DNA of 64,000 nt from Bacilli bacterium (lineage in GTDB: Bacteria > Bacillota_I > Bacilli_A > RFN20 > CAG-826). The notes beneath the pieces were generated by a model, which did not search any database, was not told the origin of the DNA, and saw only the letters and a list, made by a program, of their open reading frames with translations. Shown piece after piece: positions 35,103 to 44,671 of the stretch (position 1 is the stretch's first letter; each line of letters begins with the position of its first letter). Location of the stretch: positions 2,753 to 66,752 of the forward strand of contig JAFRPF010000041.1 in NCBI GenBank assembly GCA_017429285.1, written 5' to 3'. The translations under genes and the position numbers were made by a program.

Positions 35103-35645
35103 TTAGATTATCTCTTCTCCGGGAATTCTTTGATTTGGTGCTTCTTTATTGATGCGATCATAATAGAATTTACCATCTAAATGATCATATTCATGTTGTA
35201 AGACGACAGCGTCATAACCGGTGGCGGATATGATGATATCTTTGTTTTGTAAGGCATCATACGCTTTTAGCTTTATTTTGTAGTAGCGGTGAACCAAACC
35301 TTCATGTGGTTTAGGAACAGATAAACACCCTTCACCGGCTTCTAAAGCGCATTTTTTGACGCTTGTTTCTAATATTTGAGGATTAACTAATTGATATTGA
35401 ACTATTTCTTTGTCGTTTTGATAATAGATGACAAACATTCTTTTTAATAAACCAATTTGGATTGCCGCCATACCGACACCTGGTTGGATGTTATGTCTTT
35501 TCGCATATTCTTCATCTTGGCTTAGTTTCAGATGTTCAAGCATCATATCTAATGTATCTTTATCTTCTTTTGATAAAGGCATATCGACTGGAAGGCTTCT
35601 CTTCCTCATGATGGGATTGCTATCTTTAATAATTTTTAGTTTCAT
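35103..35645 (-). CDS. def: Peptide deformylase
   Basis: GVGMAAIQIG, EGCLSVP and HEYDHLDG motifs. The start is ATG 35645 (alternative 35663). Confidence 0.9.
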   Translation of the reverse strand: MKLKIIKDSNPIMRKRSLPVDMPLSKEDKDTLDMMLEHLKLSQDEEYAKRHNIQPGVGMAAIQIGLLKRMFVIYYQNDKEIVQYQLVNPQILETSVKKCALEAGEGCLSVPKPHEGLVHRYYKIKLKAYDALQNKDIIISATGYDAVVLQHEYDHLDGKFYYDRINKEAPNQRIPGEEII

Positions 35646-35704
35646 ACGCAGTAATATTATCATAATAAAGAAAATAAATAATTATTTTGTTATAATAATT
35701 CAAC

Positions 35705-36067
35705 ATGAGAAAAGAGATTTATAAACTTACTTTAGAGCTTAAAGAACTAATTGATAATGATCCTCGTTTATCAAAATTAAATTCTTTAGAAAAAAGAATG
35801 AATGATGATGAACAGGTCATGTCTTTAGCTTATAAAAAAGATATGGCAGCGGTTAGATATAGCGATACTTTAAATCATTTTTCTAGTGATAGTAAAGAAG
35901 TTAAAGAAGCTTTAAAAGAATTACATTTAGCCAAGAAGAATCTTGATGAAAATCCTTTAGTGAGAGAATATTTAAATGCTTATAAAGAAGTGAGAAATTT
36001 ATATCAAGATATAAACAACATATTATTTTCCGATTTAAACGCGGAATTATGTCCAAAGGAGAAATAA
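35705..36067 (+). CDS. YlbF/YmcA-family regulatory protein-like
   Basis: 120-aa helical protein placed directly upstream of rsmD-coaD, as in Bacilli. The family call rests on context and weak pattern only. Confidence 0.5.
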   Translation: MRKEIYKLTLELKELIDNDPRLSKLNSLEKRMNDDEQVMSLAYKKDMAAVRYSDTLNHFSSDSKEVKEALKELHLAKKNLDENPLVREYLNAYKEVRNLYQDINNILFSDLNAELCPKEK

Positions 36068-36609
36068 TGATGCGTATCGTTAGTGGAAAATATAAAAGAA
36101 GATTAATTACTTATCCGGATGATGCAAGTCATATTAGACCCACTAAGGATAGAATTAGAGAAGCTATCTTTTCGGCGATAGGTGATTTAACTGGTTTTAA
36201 AGGACTGGATTTATATTCTGGATCGGGTGCGATGGGGATTGAAGCTCTTTCTCGTGGCTGCGATTATATGACATTCGTCGATAAGAATAAAATCGCTATT
36301 GAAACCACTAAAAAGAATTTAAAATCTTTAAATATTAATAACGCAAAAGTCCTATATATGGATGATATGCTAGCGATTAAAAGATTTATCGATAATAAAG
36401 AAATGTTTGATATTGTTTTTCTCGATCCTCCTTATAAAGAAGGAAAATATGAACAATTATTATCTTTATTTATAGAAAATGAATTATTAACGGAAAATGC
36501 TATAATCGTTATGGAAAGCGATAGAGATATCGTTTATAAAGAAGAACGATTTAAGAAAGTTAGAACATATAAATACGGCGAAATCAAAGTCGTAATAATG
36601 TGGAGGTAG
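36067..36609 (+). CDS. rsmD: 16S rRNA (guanine966-N2)-methyltransferase
   Basis: RPTKDRIREAIF, LDLYSGSGAMGIEALSRG and FLDPPY motifs. The ATG overlaps the upstream stop (TAATG). Confidence 0.85.
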   Translation: MMRIVSGKYKRRLITYPDDASHIRPTKDRIREAIFSAIGDLTGFKGLDLYSGSGAMGIEALSRGCDYMTFVDKNKIAIETTKKNLKSLNINNAKVLYMDDMLAIKRFIDNKEMFDIVFLDPPYKEGKYEQLLSLFIENELLTENAIIVMESDRDIVYKEERFKKVRTYKYGEIKVVIMWR

Positions 36610-36611
36610 TT

Positions 36612-37076
36612 ATGGCAGTTGGTATATATCCCGGAAGTTTTGATCCCATTACTAATGGTCATCTTGATGTACTTAATAGAGCGTTAGATATCTTTGATAA
36701 AGTCATTGTTTTAATCGCTGTTAACCCAAAGAAAACTTCTCGTTTCTCAGTGGAAGAAAGAAAAGAAATGATTAAAGAAGCGGTCAATAATCCTCGAGTG
36801 GAAGTTGATAGTTATGATGGTCTAACAGTTGAATACGCTAAGAGACACCATTCTAAACATCTAATTCGTGGTTTACGAGCGGTCAATGACTTCGAATACG
36901 AATTACAACTTGTGGCCGCTAATAACTATTTAGCACCTGAAGTTGATACCGTCTTTTTGATGAGTAAATCCGATAACATCTTTATCAATTCATCCACTGT
37001 TATTGAAATGCATGAAAGAGGAATTGATGTATCAGGACTTGTTCCTCAAAGTGTTTTAAAAAGATTAAAAAAGTAA
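36612..37076 (+). CDS. coaD: Pantetheine-phosphate adenylyltransferase
   Basis: YPGSFDPITNGHLD motif. GGAGG lies 5 nt upstream of ATG 36612. Confidence 0.95.
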   Translation: MAVGIYPGSFDPITNGHLDVLNRALDIFDKVIVLIAVNPKKTSRFSVEERKEMIKEAVNNPRVEVDSYDGLTVEYAKRHHSKHLIRGLRAVNDFEYELQLVAANNYLAPEVDTVFLMSKSDNIFINSSTVIEMHERGIDVSGLVPQSVLKRLKK

Positions 37077-37102
37077 GCGAGAATTTCTAGCTTTTATTTT
37101 AT

Positions 37103-37124
37103 AAAAGAAAACCGCTTTCGCGGT
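37103..37124 (-). terminator. Intrinsic terminator of the 37129-37971 gene (minus strand)
   Basis: On the minus strand, ACCGC-GAAA-GCGGT is followed by TTTCTTTT. Confidence 0.5.
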
Positions 37125-37128
37125 CATC

Positions 37129-37971
37129 TTATTTTCTATAAGCCTTGGAGAAGACGTTTTCAGCACTTTCAACGTTTGTCCAAGAATTTAATAATGTTCT
37201 GGCTTTAGCAACGCCATCGCTACCATTTGTGCCTTCGAAGCTGAATAAGACTTCTCTAACACCATGTGGGCTTGTCCAGTCTGGAGCTTTATCGGTTAAA
37301 TCGATTAAGAAGGTAGTAGGAGTGGAGATTTGTTCACGATCAGTAAGATTTTCTAAGTTTGTGACATAGGAAGAATCGTTGCTGTTATCTTTATATGGGT
37401 GATCCACATATTCGCCTGACATATAGGAGATGGTTTCTTCAAACATCGCAGCGACTTCTCTTCTTTCGTAAACATCTTCGAATAAGTTGTCACCATCTTT
37501 ATTTGTGCTATCGACATAGATAGTGTGGAGTTTGAATGTTTCATCGCTAACTTCAGAGAAGCTATCTTTGCCCCATTTTTGTTCTAAGGTTTGGAAACCT
37601 TCATAACGTTCTTCACAAGAAGAACAATCTTCTTGGACTAATGTTAAGAAGAATTTGTCACCGTATTTTTTCTTATATTCAGGATTAACTGTATTTGTTT
37701 TGCTATATTCTTCTAAATAATCGAAGATACCATCAACGTCACTTTTCGCATCTTCGGCGTTTTTGAGGCTAACTTTTTTGCTGGAATAATATTTTTGAGC
37801 AGCGGTATCACCAGTGTTGAACCAGGATTTGACCCATTTTGTTAAATATGGAATGGAGAAAATAATCGCAAAGATACCACCAACAATTAATAATGGTTGG
37901 ACCCATGCTGTGTCTTTAATCCAACGACCGATACGGGCGAAGAATCTTCCAATAGCTCTTAATATTATCAT
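37129..37971 (-). CDS. Membrane-anchored hypothetical protein with CSSC motif (possible thioredoxin-like fold)
   Basis: N-terminal TM segment PLLIVGGIFAIIFSIPY, and FLTLVQEDCSSCEE, which resembles a Trx-fold CxxC context. I do not recognise the family. Confidence 0.5.
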   Translation of the reverse strand: MIILRAIGRFFARIGRWIKDTAWVQPLLIVGGIFAIIFSIPYLTKWVKSWFNTGDTAAQKYYSSKKVSLKNAEDAKSDVDGIFDYLEEYSKTNTVNPEYKKKYGDKFFLTLVQEDCSSCEERYEGFQTLEQKWGKDSFSEVSDETFKLHTIYVDSTNKDGDNLFEDVYERREVAAMFEETISYMSGEYVDHPYKDNSNDSSYVTNLENLTDREQISTPTTFLIDLTDKAPDWTSPHGVREVLFSFEGTNGSDGVAKARTLLNSWTNVESAENVFSKAYRK

Positions 37972-38153
37972 GACGAATGCCTCCTATATATGTATATAGC
38001 GTGATAATAGTATCACTTCAAATATGTAATTTCAACGAACTATTTTGTATTTTACACGCGTACAAGAGTTATGTCCACCAAGAAAAAATCATTTTCTTCT
38101 TTCTGTCAGTTGTTTTTTATTTGCTAAGTAGATACAATAACAAGCGAATTAAT

Positions 38154-39158
38154 ATGAAAAAGAGCGAGAAAATCAGAAAGAAAATAAATGATTATTTATT
38201 TGATCATCGTACATTAAGAATTGGCCTTGATCATCTCAATGCTTTCTTCCATGCCTCTATCGCGGCATTAATATTCGCGTTCGGATTCGCGGCATTTATT
38301 TCGCCTGTTGATGAATCAAGCATGCACATTGCAACAGGTGGTGTGTCAGGCGTTTCCCAGACAATCGCTCTCATACTTAAGGCCTTAAATGCGCCTGAAT
38401 GGCTAACAGGTAACAATGTAATATCCATTGCTTATTTTGTTGTTAACATTCCTATTATTACTTTCGCTTTCTTTAAAATTGGTAAAAGATTTGCTTTATA
38501 TACTTTAGTGAATGTAGGTTTATCTTCCGCTTTCTTATTCTTGTTCTCTAATAATGGATTTGCTTCCACAATTGCGGCCAGTCCATTTATTAAAGATCAC
38601 GTTTTAGTGAGAGTCCTATTTGGTTCTTTAACTGTTGGTATTTCTAGTGCATTTGCTTATCTAGGAGATGTTTCTTGTGGCGGTATCGATGTTTTTAGTT
38701 ATTATTTCGCTTTAAGAAAATCTACATCTATTGGTAAATACGGAATTTTAATTAATGGCATTATTATTACCACTTATTCATTTATTTCAGTTATAACTGA
38801 CAAATCACATTGGGAAGTTGGATTTGTCGTGTTCTTCTTCTCCTTATTATATTTATTTGTCACAAATACAGTCGTAGACGCGATTAATTTAAGAAATAAG
38901 AAGATGCAAGTAGAGATTATTACTAATAGCGAATATCTCGCTCCTGTATTAATCGCTAATTTCCCACACGGTGCTACTATCGTAAAAGGCGAAGGAGCTT
39001 ATAGCCATACTAGCAAGTTAATTGTCTACATGGTTGTTTCATCTTCGCAGGTTAAAAGTGTTATCGCCTTAGCTAAGAGAGTTGATCCTCACGCATTTAT
39101 ATCAGTAACTGCTTTAGTGCAGGTATACGGAAACTTCTTTATTAAACCAGTTGAATAA
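38154..39158 (+). CDS. YitT-family membrane protein (with C-terminal DUF2179-like domain)
   Basis: 5-6 TM helices followed by the soluble C-terminus ATIVKGEGAYS...VVSSSQV..V..LAK.VDP.AFISV. ATG 38154 replaces the ORF-track start at 37977. Confidence 0.8.
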   Translation: MKKSEKIRKKINDYLFDHRTLRIGLDHLNAFFHASIAALIFAFGFAAFISPVDESSMHIATGGVSGVSQTIALILKALNAPEWLTGNNVISIAYFVVNIPIITFAFFKIGKRFALYTLVNVGLSSAFLFLFSNNGFASTIAASPFIKDHVLVRVLFGSLTVGISSAFAYLGDVSCGGIDVFSYYFALRKSTSIGKYGILINGIIITTYSFISVITDKSHWEVGFVVFFFSLLYLFVTNTVVDAINLRNKKMQVEIITNSEYLAPVLIANFPHGATIVKGEGAYSHTSKLIVYMVVSSSQVKSVIALAKRVDPHAFISVTALVQVYGNFFIKPVE

Positions 39159-39160
39159 AA

Positions 39161-39194
39161 AATCCCAAATCGTTAGAAATGGGATTTATTTTTT
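39161..39194 (+). terminator. Intrinsic terminator after the yitT-like gene
   Basis: AATCCCA / TGGGATT stem with a 12-nt loop, then TATTTTTT. Confidence 0.7.
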
Positions 39195-39198
39195 GTCT

Positions 39199-39289
39199 TG
39201 GCGGAGAAGATGGGGTTCGAACCCATGCGAGACTTGCATCTCCTAGCAGTTTTCGAAACTGCCCCCTTGAGCCGCTTGGGTACTTCTCC
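39199..39289 (-). tRNA. tRNA-Ser (anticodon CGA)
   Basis: The reverse complement has acceptor GGAGAAG/CTTCTCC, anticodon stem-loop GCAGT-TTCGAAA-ACTGC, a long variable arm, T-arm ATGGG-TTCGAAC-CCCAT, and encoded CCA. Confidence 0.9.
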
Positions 39290-39403
39290 GGCGGCGATAA
39301 TTATAACACAAATATCCTTTAATTCGGAATTAGTTACTAATTTATCAAATTAATTTTGACTTTTTATAGTCAAATTTAAACTATTTAATTATAATAATTC
39401 AGT

Positions 39404-41161
39404 ATGAAGTGGTGGAATTTCCAAGATACTAATTTCTTAATATTCTTCATAATCATTATTATGATTATTATTTTGTTAGCGGCGGTTATTATCACTTCCG
39501 CTATCATTAATCATTCTTTAAGTGAATATAACAAAAAGATTGAACAGGAAAGTATTTCCACAAGAATATTTGCTATTGATGTTAAGAATAATAAAGTTAC
39601 TTTCTTCAATAGAAGTGATATGAAAAATAAAAGAGAAATGGAGCTTTCTTCTTTCTATTTCCATTTCCATCAAAATGATACCGAAAAAGTTCAGCAATGG
39701 ATTTATTCTATTGTCACTAACCCTAAAGGATGTGACCAATATCTAGAAGCCGATGTTTTAGTGAATCGTGGTCGTGCGACATATTTTTCATTATTAAAAT
39801 TAATAAAATATGATCCAAAAGTGGGAATTATTCATATTGAAAGTCATATTTTAAAATACATTACCCCCACAAACTTCTCCTCAAAGAACAAAGGTGCTTT
39901 AACTGGTGTTGTGAAAAGAAGTGTGATTAAAGGTATTATTGATAAGAACAAATCCTTAAGAGGATTTACATTTGCAATTCGTTTCTTCTATATCCGTCAA
40001 AAAGCTTTAAGCAATGAGAAGATTGAAAGATATATGATGATGACTTTAAAAAATGAAGTTTATCCATATGCAAATAGAAAACATGAACCAAGACAAATCA
40101 TCGATGATACCGGTAATGAAATATTATTATTTGATTTACATATTCAATCTCGTATCGATGCTGTTCAATTAGCAGCTTCTATTTCTCACTCTTTAAAGAA
40201 ATGTATTGGTGTTAATGGTTATTCTGATTCTGTTGACTTTGCGATTGGTGTTGTGGAAAACGCTCAGTTCTATCAAGACTTTGATTCCATTGTTCAAAAA
40301 GCCCAAGAAGCTTGTATTACCGCTCAACAAAATGACCAAGAGATTTTCGTCTATCAAAAATCACGTGGACCAATGGCTCAAGAATTATCTAAGTTTAATG
40401 ATGAGATTGATAAATTGTTAGATAATAACAACCTACGTTATCTATTTAGAACAATTGTTGATTCTTCTAGAACTGGGTCAGCATTTGGTTATTTTGAATA
40501 TGTTAGAGCCTATGATTCTCCATTCTCAAACTTTGCAGAAATGAGCAAATACGCCGCAAGAGTCGGTCGAAATAGAGAATTATTCGCTAATATCGCGCGC
40601 ACTGTTATTCCAAAGTTTGCTAGCGAAAGGCCGAATCAAACCTGCCGTTTATTCCTTTCTGTTTCGATGATGGATATCGATCATATGGCGGAAATCTTAC
40701 CACAAATTCCAGCCTCTAAAGAGATTAGATTAGTCCTTGTTTTTGATGAGCAAGAAGTTAATGAAAATTCTTCACAACTTGAACTACTTAATAATTCACT
40801 AACTAAGTTTAGGAAACTTGGATATGAAATCGCTTTATTATTACAAGATAAAAACTTATTACTTGATCCATCTGTTTACACAAACTTTGATTATTTCGTA
40901 GCTGGTGCCGCGATGATGGGTGAAATTAAGAAAGATAATCGTGTTAGGTTGTCAATCCACACTTTAATTGAATCCTTGCTTAAATATAATCAACCGATTA
41001 TTGCTACCGACTTAGAAGGTTGGCAAGCCGTTGAATTAATTATTAAGAGTGGTATTTCGATTGTTTCTAGTGAAGTAATTAGTCCATCTAATGATATGTT
41101 ACTTCCTGTAGAAAAGAAAAAGATTACAAGATTACATACTATGTATGAAAACTTCCGATAG
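39404..41161 (+). CDS. Membrane-anchored protein with degenerate GGDEF-like and EAL-like domains
   Basis: N-terminal TM. The C-terminal third follows the EAL-fold pattern (GYFEYVRAYD, LFLSVS, VFDEQE, DYFVAG), but most catalytic residues are substituted. The middle region is GGDEF-like without the GG(D/E)EF motif. Confidence 0.4.
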   Translation: MKWWNFQDTNFLIFFIIIIMIIILLAAVIITSAIINHSLSEYNKKIEQESISTRIFAIDVKNNKVTFFNRSDMKNKREMELSSFYFHFHQNDTEKVQQWIYSIVTNPKGCDQYLEADVLVNRGRATYFSLLKLIKYDPKVGIIHIESHILKYITPTNFSSKNKGALTGVVKRSVIKGIIDKNKSLRGFTFAIRFFYIRQKALSNEKIERYMMMTLKNEVYPYANRKHEPRQIIDDTGNEILLFDLHIQSRIDAVQLAASISHSLKKCIGVNGYSDSVDFAIGVVENAQFYQDFDSIVQKAQEACITAQQNDQEIFVYQKSRGPMAQELSKFNDEIDKLLDNNNLRYLFRTIVDSSRTGSAFGYFEYVRAYDSPFSNFAEMSKYAARVGRNRELFANIARTVIPKFASERPNQTCRLFLSVSMMDIDHMAEILPQIPASKEIRLVLVFDEQEVNENSSQLELLNNSLTKFRKLGYEIALLLQDKNLLLDPSVYTNFDYFVAGAAMMGEIKKDNRVRLSIHTLIESLLKYNQPIIATDLEGWQAVELIIKSGISIVSSEVISPSNDMLLPVEKKKITRLHTMYENFR

Positions 41162-41173
41162 GAGATTTATATA

Positions 41174-42610
41174 ATGGAAAATAAACAAATTAAAAACCAA
41201 GCTATCACCAGACAAGAAGATGATTTTGCTCAGTGGTATACTGATGTGTGCCGTAAAGCGGAATTAATGGATTATTCATCCGTTAAAGGCTTTATTATCT
41301 ATCGTCCTTATGGTTATGCAATTTGGGAAGAAATTCAAAATTATTTGAACAAAAGATTTAAAGAAACTGGTCACCAAAATGTTTATATGCCAACAGTCAT
41401 TCCTACTTCTTTATTACAAAAAGAAAAGGATCATGTTGAAGGGTTTGCTCCTGAATGCTTAGTGGCTAATATCGGTGGTGGGCAAAAGATTGATGACCCA
41501 CTTATTATTAGACCAACTAGTGAAACATTATTCTGTGAACACTACGCGAAAATTATTTCTTCATATCGTGATTTGCCAAAATTATATAACCAATGGTGTT
41601 CTGTTGTGAGATGGGAAAAGACTACCCGTCCATTCTTAAGAGGCGCTGAATTCTTATGGCAAGAAGGCCATACGATGCATGAAAGTGAAGAAGAAGCGAG
41701 AACCGAAACCTTAAAGATGCTTGAAATCTATGATGATTTAGGTAGAGATATTTTAGCCATTCCTTTTACAAAAGGAAGAAAGACCGAGAAAGAAAAATTT
41801 GCGGGTGCTTTAGAAACTTATTCTATTGAAGCTTTAATGCCAGATGGAAAAGCTTTACAAAGTGGCACTACCCATTATTTTGGTCAAGGTTTTGCTAAAG
41901 CTTTTGGAATTCAGTTCCAAGGTAGAGATGGAAAACTTAATAATCCATATCAAACCTCCTGGGGTGTTTCTACAAGATTATTAGGCGCCATTATTATGGT
42001 TCATGGTGATGATAACGGTTTAGTGTTACCTCCATATGTTGCTCCTATTCAAGCGGTTGTGATTCCTGTGGCTCAACAAAAACCAGGCGTCATCCCTGCC
42101 GCTAGAGAATTAGAAAAAGTTCTCAAAGAAGCCGGTGTTAGAGTTTATTTAGATGAAAGTGATAAAACTCCGGGCTGGAAATATTCTGAATATGAGATGA
42201 AAGGTGTTCCAGTGAGAGTGGAAATTGGTCCAAGAGATATTGAAAACGGTGTCGTCACTTTAGCGAAACGTAACACTGGTGAAAAGATTACTGTTAAGAA
42301 AGAAGAAGTCGCGGAGAAAGTCGTGGAACTTATGGATATTATCCATAAAGAAATGTATGAAAAAGCTCACCGCTATTTACTTGATCATGTCACTGAAGTT
42401 CGCTCACTACCTGAAATGGAAAAAGCCCTTAATAAAGGCGGCTATTCAAAGATGATGTGGTGTGGAGAACAAGCTTGTGAAGATAAGGTAAAAGAATTAT
42501 ATCAAGCTACTGCTAGATGCATGCCATTTAACCAGATGCCGTTTGATGAAACATGTCCTATCTGTGGCAAAAAAGCGAAGAAAGTTGTTCTTTTTGCAAA
42601 AGCATATTAA
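41174..42610 (+). CDS. proS: Proline--tRNA ligase (archaeal/eukaryote-like type with C-terminal Zn-binding domain)
   Basis: 478 aa with no INS editing domain. Class II motifs and a C-terminal Cys cluster CGEQAC...CPICG. The sequence ends in Y, as is typical of this ProRS type. Confidence 0.95.
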   Translation: MENKQIKNQAITRQEDDFAQWYTDVCRKAELMDYSSVKGFIIYRPYGYAIWEEIQNYLNKRFKETGHQNVYMPTVIPTSLLQKEKDHVEGFAPECLVANIGGGQKIDDPLIIRPTSETLFCEHYAKIISSYRDLPKLYNQWCSVVRWEKTTRPFLRGAEFLWQEGHTMHESEEEARTETLKMLEIYDDLGRDILAIPFTKGRKTEKEKFAGALETYSIEALMPDGKALQSGTTHYFGQGFAKAFGIQFQGRDGKLNNPYQTSWGVSTRLLGAIIMVHGDDNGLVLPPYVAPIQAVVIPVAQQKPGVIPAARELEKVLKEAGVRVYLDESDKTPGWKYSEYEMKGVPVRVEIGPRDIENGVVTLAKRNTGEKITVKKEEVAEKVVELMDIIHKEMYEKAHRYLLDHVTEVRSLPEMEKALNKGGYSKMMWCGEQACEDKVKELYQATARCMPFNQMPFDETCPICGKKAKKVVLFAKAY

Positions 42611-42660
42611 AAATTTATTAATTTTAATCGTTCATTATGTTAATATAGTGAACGTTCACT

Positions 42661-42751
42661 GGAGTAGTACCCAAGTTGGTGAAGGGGCTTCCCTGCTAAG
42701 GAAGTAGATCGGGTAACTGGTGCGAGAGTTCGAGTCTCTCCTACTCCGCCA
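42661..42751 (+). tRNA. tRNA-Ser (anticodon GCU)
   Basis: Acceptor GGAGTAG/CTACTCC, anticodon stem-loop CTTCC-CTGCTAA-GGAAG, long variable arm, T-arm GAGAG-TTCGAGT-CTCTC, encoded CCA. Confidence 0.9.
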
Positions 42752-42763
42752 TTAAAAAAGAAT

Positions 42764-42800
42764 CCCTTGTTTTTGAGAACAAGGGTTTTTTCTTTTTTTT
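42764..42800. terminator. Strong bidirectional terminator
   Basis: CCCTTGTT / AACAAGGG stem followed by a T-run. An A-run upstream serves the convergent minus-strand gene. Confidence 0.85.
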
Positions 42801-42802
42801 AA

Positions 42803-44464
42803 TTATTTGCTCACACTTACGGAACTATAAACTTGCGTTTTTCCGTATGAATAAGCGTTATTAAATGTTAGGCTTTCACCATCAATTTTTATCGTATGTG
42901 AACCTTGAGAATGAAGTGATAAGGAATAAGAAGAAATACCTGATCCTTTTGTTAATCCTTTGGCTCCTAGTGATCCTAAAACGATCAATGTTCCTCCTGA
43001 TATGGAACAGGTTCCATCGGTATCTAAGGCCGCCATATTTGTGTTATTAGGTCCACGAGCGATAACGATTCCACCTTTTTGAGTATATGTACCATTACTA
43101 TCAATACCATCAACATCATCACTATTAGGGACTGTGACATCTAAATAACCGCCGTTAATAGTGATAGCAGTTGAGGCGTTCACGCCATCGTTTGTGCCGG
43201 AGACAATAGCTTTGCCACCGTTCATAACGATTTGATTTCCTTCTATAGCTTCGTGAGATTCAGCAACATTGATAGTTCCATCATTAATAGTGAGAGTACC
43301 ATCCGCATGAATAGCGTCATCACTAGCTTTTAGATTCAATGTTCCACCGTTGATGTTTATATGACCATTTGTGGTTAAACCGGTAATGTTATCTGTATTG
43401 GTATGAAGTCCATCATCGTAGGTATATGAGAATATATTTCCAGCAGAAATATCGATAGTATCATTAGCTTTAATCGCTTTTGCGGATTCATCAGCTTTTT
43501 CAGCAGAGGAACCTCCGCCCCAGCCACCATCATCGAAACCACCTCCGCCTCCAGGGCCACCTCCTCCGGGAGGAGCATATTTAATTGAGGAAGAACTATT
43601 AAGTGTATAAGAGGAATAAATATTTGTATAAATATCTATAACTGGAGTATAAGTATTACCTTCTGTGTCAGTGCCTTGAGAAATGTAACAGCCCCAGGCC
43701 GCATCAATACCATCTCCATAAGAATTAATAGTGGTGGTTCCACCGGTAATATAAATATTTCCGTGTTGAGCGCCACTACTTCCTTGATCGTAATTATGAG
43801 TGACAATGCCGTTATTGCCAGCGACAATACCTAAGGTTGGATTTTCTTCGATAGTGACTTTGTCATTACCTCTTATACCATTGTTCATGGCCTTAATTAA
43901 CATTGTGACATTTTTGACTGTGACATTATCCTTACCATGGATACCGCTATTTTTATTACTGATGATCGATAAAGTACCTGTGCCTTTAACCTTGATATCA
44001 CCATTTTCAGAATAAATAGCGCCTCTAGGTTCAGTATCGCTTTGCGAATAATCGGTGTCGCGATAATCGTAAATATAGTTATTTGTTCCTTTGTTTGCTT
44101 TTAAGTCAAAATCAGCGCAATCTTGGATAACTATTGGGGATTTGCTGCTATTTGCGATTGAAACACCTTCTAAATCCAGTTCAACTTCTGCCTCAGCGGC
44201 ATTAATTAAAATTTGTCCTGAAGATAGTTTTCCAGAAGCCGTATATGTTCCTGCAGCACTGATGGTATAAACGCCATCTACTGGACTAATAGAAACTGAT
44301 GATTCGTTTTGCAATATGAAATCTCCAGTGATCGTATCATCTGGAATTTCGACAGCGGTAGTATTGCCACTAACATCACTAGTGGAAGTAGTAGTTTTAG
44401 TGCCACTACAACCGGTAAGAGATAAAAGGGCAAATAAACTAAATACTAATAATTTCTTTTTCAT
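42803..44464 (-). CDS. Lipoprotein, Cthe_2159-like carbohydrate-binding beta-helix family, with Gly/Pro-rich insert
   Basis: Lipobox LSLTGCSG. ISAAGTYTASGKLSSGQILINA...LDLEGVSIANS matches my memory of PF14262-type proteins. The tract PPGGGGPGGGGGFDDGGWGGG is an insert. Confidence 0.65.
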   Translation of the reverse strand: MKKKLLVFSLFALLSLTGCSGTKTTTSTSDVSGNTTAVEIPDDTITGDFILQNESSVSISPVDGVYTISAAGTYTASGKLSSGQILINAAEAEVELDLEGVSIANSSKSPIVIQDCADFDLKANKGTNNYIYDYRDTDYSQSDTEPRGAIYSENGDIKVKGTGTLSIISNKNSGIHGKDNVTVKNVTMLIKAMNNGIRGNDKVTIEENPTLGIVAGNNGIVTHNYDQGSSGAQHGNIYITGGTTTINSYGDGIDAAWGCYISQGTDTEGNTYTPVIDIYTNIYSSYTLNSSSSIKYAPPGGGGPGGGGGFDDGGWGGGSSAEKADESAKAIKANDTIDISAGNIFSYTYDDGLHTNTDNITGLTTNGHININGGTLNLKASDDAIHADGTLTINDGTINVAESHEAIEGNQIVMNGGKAIVSGTNDGVNASTAITINGGYLDVTVPNSDDVDGIDSNGTYTQKGGIVIARGPNNTNMAALDTDGTCSISGGTLIVLGSLGAKGLTKGSGISSYSLSLHSQGSHTIKIDGESLTFNNAYSYGKTQVYSSVSVSK

Positions 44465-44671
44465 AATTACCCCCCTTTTTACTTAGTCTATTAGATAAGT
44501 AAATTTTATATGATAAAAATAAGTCTATGGAATATAGAAATTTATTTTTTTTGATTATTTCTTAATTTTTCCGTGTTTATTTACTAAATAAATGGAATAA
44601 TTTATGCATGAAACGTCCTAATCGAGAAGAGATTAAAAACAATTTAAGATGTTTTAAGAAAAGTAGATAAA

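Noticed and set aside
37977-38153. 59-codon N-terminal extension of the YitT-like ORF in the track, with similar extensions at 30507-30575 (spx), 31560-31646 (CYTH), 62790-62870 (yigZ), 13763-13786 and 3867-3884
   Set aside because: The extensions overlap divergent promoters or neighbouring genes, start at non-ATG codons or lack an SD, and are absent from homologs. Internal ATGs give canonical N-termini.
43495-43570. Gly/Pro-rich coding tract as a slipped-strand phase-variation repeat
   Set aside because: The nucleotide sequence uses mixed GGN/CCN codons, with no perfect homopolymer or short tandem repeat long enough for slippage.
43133-43930. Additional TGTGACA copies, including a pair at about 43900-43925
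   Set aside because: They are inside the lipoprotein CDS, are explained by repeated Val-Thr-Val codons on the opposite strand, and their spacing is not 11 bp. They are not counted as regulator sites.
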